Below are positions 50,309 through 60,808 of a stretch of 64,000 nucleotides of DNA, one piece after another; positions within the stretch are counted from its first letter, which is position 1, and every line of letters begins with the position of its first letter. The stretch is from contig CDMY01000351.1 in the NCBI GenBank assembly GCA_001179505.1, forward strand, positions 41,913 to 105,912, in the 5' to 3' direction. Origin of the DNA: Vitrella brassicaformis CCMP3155. Its lineage: Eukaryota; Protista; Chromerida. The translations under genes and the position numbers were made by a program. The notes beneath the pieces are model-generated. The model was not told the DNA's origin. It saw nothing but the letters and a program-made list of their open reading frames with translations, and searched no databases.

Positions 50309-51010
50309 CTGGTGAAGAAGCTTAAGCAGCTGTACGAGCGCTTCAGCCTCCTCATTGCCCTCCCCCCGCCCCCGTCAATGCCCAAAAACGAGCCCACACC
50401 CACTCCTCCGCCAGCCACCGCTCCAGAGACACGATGCACCAAGAAATCCGGACGCAGCGAGCCAGCCGCCAAAGCAAGGCCACTTATCAAGACGGGAGTG
50501 TGGTGGTCTGGAAAAACTCGGGCGTGGGCGGCAAGCTGGTACGAGAAGGGCGACCCGAAGCAGAAGGCCAAGCACTTTTATGTCAAGGATCATGGATTCG
50601 AGAAAGCAAAGGTACCATAGCCAACATCCCACCCAAGCCAATACATCCTTTCCTCTGCTCTCCTTGTCTTCCCTCATCACGTGTCATCAGACATTGGCCA
50701 AAGAGCATTGTCATGAGCTGAGCGGACAGATACGGTGGCGACGAAGAAGGGCTTGGAGTTGAAGCACCAAAGCGGCGTGGAGAGGGTACCTTCAAGAACA
50801 AGACGTGGAGGGCCTCCTGAAAGAGGGCGGGAAGAGGAAGCGCAAAGCCTTTTCGGCGCGCAAGCTGGGATACGAGGGTGCCAAACAGACGGCCATCACT
50901 CACCGCCGCCAGATGGAACAACGGCACCATCCCATTCTCAAGGGCGAGGCCATGCAAGACGACGAGCAGGAGGAGACACAGCCACAGTTGGCTCAACTAA
51001 GGACTATTAT
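50309..51010 (+). pseudogene. Two ApiAP2-type AP2 domains (first intact, second frameshifted)
   Basis: AP2-1: TGVWWSGKTRAWAASWYEKGDPKQKAKHFYVKDHGFEKAK|TLAKEHCHEL (50495-50726, intron 50612-50690). AP2-2: HQSGVE..V / FKNKTWRAS / KEGGKRKRKAFSARKLGYEGAKQTAITHRRQME, needing two or three 1-nt corrections. Confidence 0.75.
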
Positions 51011-51839
51011 CTGTGTCTCTGCCTGTCGTCAGCGATTGCAGGCATCCCACCGATGAAGGGCGGATGCCATCGCTGTCTACATTTTATACTCGACGTTTGT
51101 GCTTCTGTTGCCGGACACGACTCATTCGGACCTTTTTGCTGACACGACTTGGCTAGACAGCTGACCAGCTGCAGAGAGGTGGAAGCGGGCAAACGATGCA
51201 CATGGAAGGCCATGAATGATCCGTTCACATATGAGGTCATACACACACACAAATATAAAAGGTACACAGAGACACCCACAAGTCCACTTCCATGCACCAA
51301 TCCTGCGGCCACGTCGGCTGTGCGCGACCTCACATGGCCAGTGCACCACCATCGCCATCAAAATGCTCAACACAACTTACGGCTGCCGTCCCGTTACCGG
51401 CTTTCAAGATTTCTTTTGTCAAACGCCCTGTCTGAGTGCGCGTGTGTCTCCTGTGCAGAAGCCCAAGTAACACTACTTCGTGCTCATGTCTCGTAGTCGT
51501 GAACAGGTTACCTCTCCCTCTCCCCGTGTGTGTCTGCCTGCCTGCCTGTCTCTCAACTTCGATGGGCCGCTGCTCGTTTTTGAGCAGACCAAAGGACCAG
51601 GGAGAGATGAGAGGCAGGTGTGACCGGTGAGTAGTGGATAGTTGAGACACGATATTGGCGGGTAGGACGCTTAACACTGATTGTCAGCAGTCTTCGATAT
51701 GCATCGTCGAGTCTCACATTCAGCTGACTGAATGTTCCATTGTCACGTCATGTATACAGAGGCCTCCCATCCAGACGATTGCACTCACGAGATCTGACCA
51801 TCGACACAGCACACAGAAGACAATTATGAGAACTAGGTG

Positions 51840-53662
51840 TCACCAGCCCATCGATACCTGGCCATCGGCTGTTTCTGCACGCACTGCCTCAGTGAGGGTC
51901 TTCACATCGGCCTCGAGTGCTTTCTCTTTATCCCGTAGCTTTTTTTCGATTTCCTCTCGGCTCTCACGACACCACTGTGATTCCCCCTCCCACTGCAGAA
52001 AGACAAAGACATCATACCCACTTGTGTAATCTAGGTTTCACTCATCTAGGTCTTTTCGTACGGGTTCTTGTCGCTGAGCATTCTCCTTGCGAATCAGTGC
52101 ATTGGATCGCATCAGAAGGGCAGCGTAGCGTGCCTGATTGGTGTGCCCGCCATAGTCATAGTAGTCGTCCGAATGTCGAGCCCCATTGGCTTTGAGGAGG
52201 ACGGCGACATCCTTCAGCTCAAGCTGTATCACCTGTGAGATGACACCCAGTCAGTCCGTATGTGTGTGAAATTCGATGGCATCCATCTCATTATTTTTCA
52301 CCCGCCCACCACTTCGTCGAGAGGCGCCACGACTAGGCCGCCGACCAGCTGATGTCTGCCAAGATTGGGGTCTGCTCCGGCTTCCAACAGCAGCTCCACA
52401 GTCCTGAATATTCGATTGGCAGCGACAGCATCCCACACCAAGCGGCTGTTACTGTAGGTCTCTGTCTCGGCCATCACTGCGCGATGTAGAGGCTCTCCGT
52501 TTGCCATGTTGGGATTTGCCCCACTGTCGAGAAGCGTCTTGACAGCCATGAAGGCATCTCTTGTCCCTTCTTGATAGCCGCGGACGCCAAAGAAATCGTA
52601 TAGTCGCTGCCTCATGCTTTTCCACCCGGTGTCTCCCTTTCGGATTTGATTGATGCGGTCGATGAGCTCGGCGTGTTGGAGTCCCGTGAAGACTGTAATC
52701 AGCTGACAACTGACAACCGCCACCGTCAGAATGATGTTGGCAATGGGGAGCAGCTGCAGCTGGTAAGTGGGATAGCAGAGGAAGAGGGCATTGCATATCA
52801 GGCCGACAAGTTTTTCGCAGAGTATGCTGGAGAGACGGGGCACTGTGTGCAGCAGTAAGGCGCTGGCGTCAACTTTGGCCTCGAGCATGGAGAGACGAAT
52901 CACTATCGCAGGAAGATATCTTCGGGCATCATGTTTGGCCTCGATTGTTGCGATTTGAGAAGGGTAGAGGAGGCAGGTTTCTGTGGCGGGGCAGAGAAAG
53001 TAGAGGTGCCACAGCCATGTGGGGACCCTCTCGCTGGACACCGCGATCGTGAAGAAGGTAATCCAGGTGCTGGTTGTGTAGACAATCTCCGCAATCAGCA
53101 CGTGCAAAAGACCCAATCGGGTCGAGCAGGTTGCGCAACAAAGCATGCACGAGACATATAGAAATGCCATAAAAGGAAACAGCATCAGCAGGATGGAAGC
53201 CCACCATAAGAAGCCCCCAATCCAGCTCCACCCCCAATAAGCACAAAGAGCACCGATCACCCCCAACTTGGGCCCCAAGACCGCAAGCCCCGGATCCTCT
53301 GGTCTTCCCGCTTTGGCTAGCTGTTGTATCTGCTTGTAGGCTGAGGCGATGGCATTCAGCAGATTCAAGGAGAGATTGCTGATAAGTATTCCCATCGCAC
53401 GGCTTCGGGGGTTGCCGATGGCATAAAGAATGATCACGATGTTGATGAAGTCGATGCTGTCGTTGAGGACGGAGATGCGGCTCAGCACCGTGATCATCCT
53501 GACGAGCCACCGAGGAGGGCCGGGCCGGTAGAAGCGAGTGATGATGGGTGCCGGGGAAGACGGCCCTCGCGGGGTCGCTGCCTGAGAGTCCACGCCCGAG
53601 TCGATGAGACGGGAGTATTCGCCTAATTCGATGTCGCCCGAGGGTCCCTTTTTGCGCTGCAC
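51840..53662 (-). CDS. Array unit 1 (terminal): multi-TM + ankyrin repeats + coiled coil, natural C-terminus
   Basis: Exon A 53662-52310 (open, 451 codons; VKTLLDSGANPN, EPLHRAV, VELLLEAGADPN), exon B 52232-52062 (LKDVAVLLKANGA), exon C ...EEIEKKLRDKEKALEADVK...AETADGQVSMGW-TGA. Confidence 0.75.
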
Positions 53663-53724
53663 CTGAGCAACCGCAATGCACAAGTCGTCAGCAAACTGCT
53701 CACACAAAGGCTTCTCCTGCGTAC

Positions 53725-55961
53725 CAGTGTGGCATTCATTTGGACGTACTCCAGGCACCATTTGAGGACGAGCAGAGCTGTCGAGACAGAGGCAGAGGCG
53801 AGAAGGAGCCGCTTGCACAGGAGGGGGATTGTGTACTGGGACGGCTCGTCGATAATCATCTCCCAGAAGGAGAACCAGTCGGTCACTGCACAATGTCATA
53901 TGCAATGGGGGCAGAGAGGGAGCAATATACATCATGATGGGAGAGAGATGAAGATCCCTGCTGTTGCTTACGTGCCGCGAAGACCCCCAGTAGGATAAGC
54001 ATTATGTTCTCTTCGAGAAATTTCTGCAATGAGACCCTTCTGGGCCCTTGGCTGGACAAAACCGACGATGCGAAGATCCGTCCATCAGCTGTTTCTGCAC
54101 GCACTGCCCCAGCAAGGTCTTTCAAGTCGGCTCTCAAGGTTTTCTCTTCATCCTCTAGCTCTTTTACGATTTCCTCTTGTCGCTGTGGTTCCTCCTTCCA
54201 CTGCAGAAAGACAAAGACATCATACCCACTTGTGTGATCTAGGTTTCAATTATCTAGGTCTTTTCGTACGAATTCTTGTCGCCAAGCATCAAATTCGCCA
54301 ATCAGCTCTTTCGATCGCATCAAAAGGGCAGCGTAATGTTCATGGTTGGTGTGTCCGCCGTATTTATAGTAGTCGTCCGAATGTCGAGCCCCATTGGCTT
54401 TGAGGAGAACGGCGACATGGTTCAGCTCCGGCTGTATCACCTGCACAAACATGGCACTCAGTCAAGCCACGTGTGTGAATCTGTGGCATCCGTCTCTTCA
54501 TGCTTATCCGCCCACTCACCACTTCGTCGAGAGGCGCCACGACTAGGTCGCCGGCCAGCTGACGTGTGCCAAGATTGGGGTCTGCTCCGGCTTCCAACAG
54601 CAGCTCCACAGTGTTGAAAATCCAAGCAGCTTCAGCATCCCACAGCAAGGGCCTGTCGCTGTCGGTCGCTGCCCCGGCCATGACTGCGCGATGAAGCGGC
54701 TCGCCGCACGCCATATTGGGATCTGGGCCAATATCAAGGAGCGTCTTGACAGCCACCAAAGCATCAGCTTTCTGATACCCCCTCTCGGGATAGAAACAGT
54801 GAGCTAAACGCTCTCCCATGCTTTTCCACTCGGTGTCTCCCTTTCGGATTTGATCGATGCGGTCGATCAGCTCGGCGTGTTGGAGTCCTGTGAGCTCTGC
54901 AATCAGTTGACAACTGATGACTGCCACCGTCAGAATGATGTTGGCAATGGGGAGCAGCTGCAGCTGGTAAGTGGGATAGCAGAGGAAGAGGGCATTGCAT
55001 ATCAGACCGAGAAGGTCTTCGCAGAGTATGCTGGAGAGGCGATTGCGTCTCGCATCACGATGGCTTCTGGCGTCAACTTTGGCCTCGAGTATGGTGAGAA
55101 GAGAGGGATAGAGCATGAAGGTCCCTACCAGAGGGGAGAGAAAGTAGAGGCGCCAGAGCCATGTGTGGACTCTCTCGCTGAAGACCGCAGCCGTGAAGAA
55201 AGTAATCCAATCGGTGATTGCATCGACAAGCTCCGGAATCAGCACGTGCAAAAGACCCAATCGGCTGTAGTCAAAGAGAAGAACTTCTGAAAGAAGCTCC
55301 TTCGGAATCAACCAGTGCGTCACGACGCCAGTAAGGATTTCGATCCCAATGGCGACGAGGAAGACCAGAACAGCACCATATCAGAAGACTCCTCCACAAA
55401 GAATGAAGATTGCCCAGATCCACGAAGCAGGGACTGCACCTAGCAACGCACCCATCGCCCCGCAGAAACACACTATGGGGGCCGCTATGTGCGCCCGCCC
55501 AGATAGCCAGCGTCGATTGGACGATTGCAATAAGGTATCGGACGGTTGCGCGAGCCCTGGATGCTCTTTCAGTGCGGCTGTGAGGTTTTGCGCCAGCTGT
55601 TCTTGCATCTGCTCTTCGGAGGCTTCGAGTCCCATGGCTTCGTAGGCTGAGGCGATGGCATTCAGCAGATTCAAAAACAGATTGCAGATGAGTGTGCCGA
55701 TAGCACCGGCTCCTGGGTTGGCGCAAAGAATGATCACGACGTTGATGGAGTCGATGCTGTCGTTGAGGACGGAGATGCCGCTCAGCACCGTGATCATCCT
55801 GACGAGCCACCGAGGAGGGTCGGGCCGGTAGAAGCGAGCGATGATGGGTGCCGTGGGAGACGGCCCTCGCGGGTCGCTGCCTGGGAGTCCACGCCCGAGT
55901 CGATGAGATGGGAGTATTCGCCTAACTCCATGTCGCCCGAGGGTGGCTTTTTGCGCTGCAC
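53725..55961 (-). pseudogene. Array unit 2, with a 1-nt deletion and an in-frame TGA in exon A
   Basis: GGG at 55871-55873 versus GGGG in units 1 and 3. TGA at 55381-55383 in GVF*YGAVL. Exons A 55961-54520, B 54440-54270, C 54200-53972, D 53885-53725. Confidence 0.8.
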
Positions 55962-56025
55962 CTGACCGGCCGCAATGCACCAAAGTCGTCAGCAAATTGC
56001 TCACACAAAGGCTTCTCCTGCGTAC

Positions 56026-58604
56026 CAGTGTGGCATTCATTTGGGCGTACTCCAGGCACCATTTGAGGACGAGCAGAGCCGTCGAGACAGAGGCAGAGGC
56101 GAGAAGGAGCCGCTTGCACAGGAGGGGGATTGTGTACTGGGACGGCTCGTCGATAATCATCTCCCAGAAGGAGAACCAGTCGGTCACTGCACAATGTCAT
56201 ATGCAATGGGGGCAGAGAGGGAGCAATATACATCATGATGGGAGAGAGATGAAGATCCCTGCTGTTGCTTACGTGCCGCGAAGGCCCCCAGGAGGATAAG
56301 CATTATGTTCTCTTCGAGGAATTTCTGCAATGAGACACTTCTGGGCCCTTGGCTGGACAAAACCGACGATGCGAAGATCCGTCCATCAGCTGTTTCTGCA
56401 CGCACTGCCCCAGCAAGGTCTTTCAAGTCGGCTCTCAAGGTTTTCTCTTCATCCTCTAGCTCTTTTACGATTTCCTCTTGTCGCTGTGGTCCCTTCTTCC
56501 ACTGCAGAAAGACAAAGACATCATACCCACTTGTGTGATCTAGGTTTCAATTATCTAGGTCTTTTCGTACGAATTCTTGTCGCCAAGCATTCTCCTTGCG
56601 AATCAGTGCATTGGACCGCATCAGAAGGGCAGCGTAGCGTGCCTGATTGGTGTGTCCGCCATAGTCATAGTAGTCGTCCGAATGTCGAGCCCCATTGGCT
56701 TTGAGGAGGACGGCGACATCCTTCAGCTCAGGCTGTGTCACCTGCACAAACATGGCACGCAGTCAGGCTTTCTTTATGCTTATCCCCCCACTCACCACTT
56801 CGTCGAGAGGCGCCACGACTAGGCCACCGACCAGCTGACGTGTGCCAAGATTGGGGTCTGCTCCGGCTTCCAACAGCAGCTCCACAGTGTTGAATATCCG
56901 AGCAGCTTCAGCATCCCACGGCAAGGGCCTGTCGCTGTCGGTCGCTGCCTCGGCCATGACTGCGCGATGTAGAGGCTCGCCACATGACATGTTTGGATCT
57001 GCGCCACCGTCGAGAAGCTTCTTCACAGCCACCAAGGCATCAACTGTCCCTTCTTGATAGCCGCGGACGCCAGAGAAGCCGTACATGGCCACTACCGCAT
57101 CGTGTCCGTTTCGAATTTGATCGATGCTGTCGATGAGCTTGGCATGTTGGAGTCCCGTGAACTCTGTAATCAGCTGACAACTCAAAAGTGCCACCGTCAG
57201 AATGATGTTGGCTATTGGGAGCAGCTGCAGTTGATAAGTGGGATAGCGGAGGAAGAGAACATTGCATGTGAGGCCGAGAAGGCCTCCAACCCTCATGTCG
57301 TAGAAACGATTATCTTTGGTCGGATGGCGATGGGATCTGGCGTCAATTCTCTCTTTGAGTGTTGCGATTAGAGAAGGGTAAAGGATGAGGGTTTCTGTAG
57401 AGGGGCACAGAAAGTAGAGGTGCCAAAGCCACGTCGGGACTCTCTCGCTAGACACCGCAATCGTAAAGAAGGTAATCCAGCTGCTTGTTGTATAGATAAG
57501 CTCTGGAATCAGCACGTGCAAGAGACCCAATCGGCTGTAGTCGGAGAGAAGAATATCCGAAAGGAACTCCTTCGGGATCAGGCAATGCGTCACGACGCCA
57601 ACAACGAGCCCAGACATTAGCGTCACCAGCATCAAAGTTAAGGCAAGCCACCAGAAAAGACGCCCAATCCAACTTATCCACCAAAACCAGGAATCACCCA
57701 GAAGGGCGCCGATCACTCCAGAAGGAGCATAAAGCACGCCGATCACGCCGCATGAACAAATATAGCTGCCCATACCAGACAAACGTCGAAGACGACCAAA
57801 CATCATATGTTCGGGCTCACTCCAAAGTCCACTCCAGAGTCCGCTTAGAATTTGGTTGAACTCCTGCAAGCGCTCTTGCGAGGCTTCAAAAAGCCTGGTC
57901 ATGTAGGCTGAGGCGATGGCATTCAGCAGATTCAAAAACAGATTGCAGATGAGTATTGCCATCGCGTGGCTTCGGGGATTGCCGATGGCGCAAAGAATGA
58001 TCACGACGTTGATGGAGTCGATGCTGTCGTTGAGGACGAAGATGCGGCTCAGCACCGTGATCATCCTGACGAGCCACCGAGGAGGGTCGGGCCGGTAGAA
58101 GCGAGCGATGATGGGTGCCGTGGGAGACGGCCCTCGCGGGGTCGCTGCCTGGGAGTCCACGCCCGAGTCGATGAGATGGGAGTATTCGCCTAACTCCATG
58201 TCGCCCAAGGGTGGCTTTTTGCGCTGCACCTGAGCGGCCGCAAGGCACCAAAGTCGTCAGCAAACTGCTCACACAAAGGCTTCTCCTACGTACCAGTGTG
58301 GCATTCATTTGGGCGTACTCCAGGCACCATTTGAGGACGAGCAGAGCCGTCGAGACAGAGGCAGAGGCGAGAAGGAGCCGCTTGCACAGGAGGGGGATTG
58401 TGTACTGGGACGGCTCGTCGATAATCATCTCCCAGAAGGAGAACCAGTCGGTCACTGCACATGTGCAATGGGGAAGAAAGAGAGACATTATGACGGCTTG
58501 AGAGATAGTAAGATCCCTGCTGTTGCTTACGAGACGCGAAGGCGCCCAGGAGGATAAGCATTATGTTCTCTGGGAGGAACATTTGCCATGAGACCCCTCT
58601 GGGA
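56026..58604 (-). CDS. Array unit 3 (intact) plus the distal exons of unit 4; start lies in or beyond the gap
   Basis: Unit 4 exon C (to 58531) and D 58454-58294. Unit 3 exons A 58229-56796 (478 codons, open), B 56741-56571, C 56501-56273, D 56186-56026. Confidence 0.75.
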
Positions 58605-58904
58605 NNNNNNNNNNNNNNNNNNNNNNNNNNNNNNNNNNNNNNNNNNNNNNNNNNNNNNNNNNNNNNNNNNNNNNNNNNNNNNNNNNNNNNNNNNNNNNNN
58701 NNNNNNNNNNNNNNNNNNNNNNNNNNNNNNNNNNNNNNNNNNNNNNNNNNNNNNNNNNNNNNNNNNNNNNNNNNNNNNNNNNNNNNNNNNNNNNNNNNNN
58801 NNNNNNNNNNNNNNNNNNNNNNNNNNNNNNNNNNNNNNNNNNNNNNNNNNNNNNNNNNNNNNNNNNNNNNNNNNNNNNNNNNNNNNNNNNNNNNNNNNNN
58901 NNNN
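58605..58904. other. Assembly gap (300 N) truncating the tandem array
   Basis: Run of N. The true array copy number is unknown. Confidence 1.
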
Positions 58905-58999
58905 GGGAACCCCGACGGTGGAAGCTCACAGCTTACGAGGAAGCCGGCGAGCTTAGGGAGGGCGAGCTTAGGGAGGAGCTCGCGAAGCCAAGGATTTCA

Positions 59000-59022
59000 G
59001 ACTTTCGCGAAACCGCTCTCTC
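59000..59022 (+). promoter_or_regulatory. Variant of the recurrent upstream motif (GACTTTCGCGAAACCGCTCTCTC)
   Basis: Shares GAC.TTC..GAAACCGCTCTCTC with copies 1 and 2 and has a palindromic core TTTCGCGAAA. Lies just beyond the gap at the presumed 5' end of the array gene. Confidence 0.4.
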
Positions 59023-59246
59023 AAGGGATTCAATCAACGGCAATGATGTATTCACAGGCAGTGTGTGTGGTCTCGTCAGTGCAGACAGACACGGACGGAC
59101 GGCACAAGTATGTCAATCAGAGACGACCATAAACACAGGTACTAACACAGGTACACACATACGCAGAAACGCCTCCCTGTGTGTGGAACACCGGGAGGTA
59201 CACGTGAGGCAGCTGCTGGCTGTACATCCATCCATCTACACTGTCG

Positions 59247-60771
59247 TCACACCGACCCATAGATGAGCCCCTCTACGCGTCTCGGCTCTGGCTGAGGAGC
59301 CTGACACACACACACACGCACACACACAGGGGTGCGCATGATGCCCGCATCTCGTCCTCGTCATGTCAGTCTGCGCCACGTACGTGTGATGAGGTGACGA
59401 CCTGGTAGGATGTGCCCGTCATCTCGTCCTCGTCTGCACGACAGATGTACACAAAGCCATCAGGACAGACAGACACGCGTCATGGCATTGGCATGGTGGG
59501 CGCCGGTCGGCCGACCAGGGTCTGGGAAGCTGAAGTTGCTCATTGAGGCGCCCCTGTCTGCAACAATGAGGACAGCGGACATCTACACATCCAATCTTGA
59601 ATGTACGTGTGTGCGTACCGTTTCTCTTGTGCGTGTGGCGCGAGAGGGACGGAAGGCCTTACCCCCCACACACCCACATACACACACACACACACACACA
59701 TGCATCCGTGCGGTTACACTGGTGTTGCTGGGTGAGAGGGTACCTGTGTTGCCCTCTCCTACAGGCCGATATCTGTTGTTGGCATTGTACACCCAATCAG
59801 CCTGTCGATGGATAAATGGATGGAGGCACACACACCCATGTGTGTGGACGTGTATGTGTATGTGTACGTGTGTGTGTGTGTGCGTACAATCTGGACGAAG
59901 AACATCCTGACTTGGCCGACCACCGGCAAATACGGCGGGCCGCCTGACACAAGCGGGCAGATATAATACGTGCAGTTGTGGCCCTCCCTTTGGGGTATGC
60001 GAACCTCCTTTGGTGAAGTTCTGGTACAAAAGATACATGTATATCACAAAGAACTGCACACACACACGCGTCAACACAGGCCTGCCTGCCTGCTATCCAT
60101 CTCTGTGTGTGTGTCTGTCTGTGTGGATGGCTGAATGGCTCATCCCCACCGACCAGGATGGCTGTCCAGAAGATGGATTTGTATGCGATCCGGATAAACA
60201 GCCACAAGGGATGGGACAACAGATGCAGCAAATTAGACCTGCATATATCAATGTGTGCACACATACGCCCCAACAACACGTCTGTGGCGGTGTCAGTGAG
60301 CGTACACCGAGATGAGGGTGAGCGGCGACCCGGTGCAGTGTTTGCGGACGAGGAACTGGACGTCCTTGTAGAAGGGAATGTCGAGCGACACAAGCACCAC
60401 CGACCAGCCCACACCGTGGCAGTTGTAGATCAGCTCGACCTTGCGCGGCTTCTCGTCCGTCGGGAACCAAGCCTTGTGCGGCTCTGATACAAACACACAG
60501 TGACACGTGTGGATGGAAGGATGGATTGGTGACGGCTTGCCTGTTGCGGTGAGTGGCCAGTCGTCGCTGGGCAGCTCAAGGGACGGCCACACGACCTGCA
60601 TGTCGGCAGCTGAGTGCAACCATGTGGACAAAAAAGACAAAAGACAGAATGACATAAAGTGCCTCCGGCACCTTTCTCTCTCTCCCCCTGTGCGTGCGTG
60701 TGCACCTATGCTAGGCCGCTGGAAGTAAACAGGAGGGGAGCAGTCCTTGCTGATACGCACACACACAGACA

Positions 60772-60808
<37 letters not shown>

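Larger units (their letters stand above)
51840..58604 (-). repeat. Intragenic tandem array of ~2.3-kb units (3 complete plus part of a 4th, ending at a gap)
   Basis: Homologous positions spaced 2301 bp (54200/56501) and 2268 bp (56186/58454). Junction exons and introns are nearly identical between units. Confidence 0.95.

Noticed and set aside
51840-56753. Small separate coiled-coil genes between the TM-ankyrin ORFs (ORFs 52038-52232, 54246-54452, 56547-56753)
   Set aside because: They complete the third ankyrin repeat (PLDEV|VTQPELKDVAVLLKANGA) and are joined by canonical phase-matched introns, so they are exons of the same gene.
52298-58229. Naming the array protein a TRP channel or an ACD6/PGG-type protein
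   Set aside because: The ankyrin repeats follow the TM region rather than precede it, and I see no TRP box, pore signature or PGG motif.
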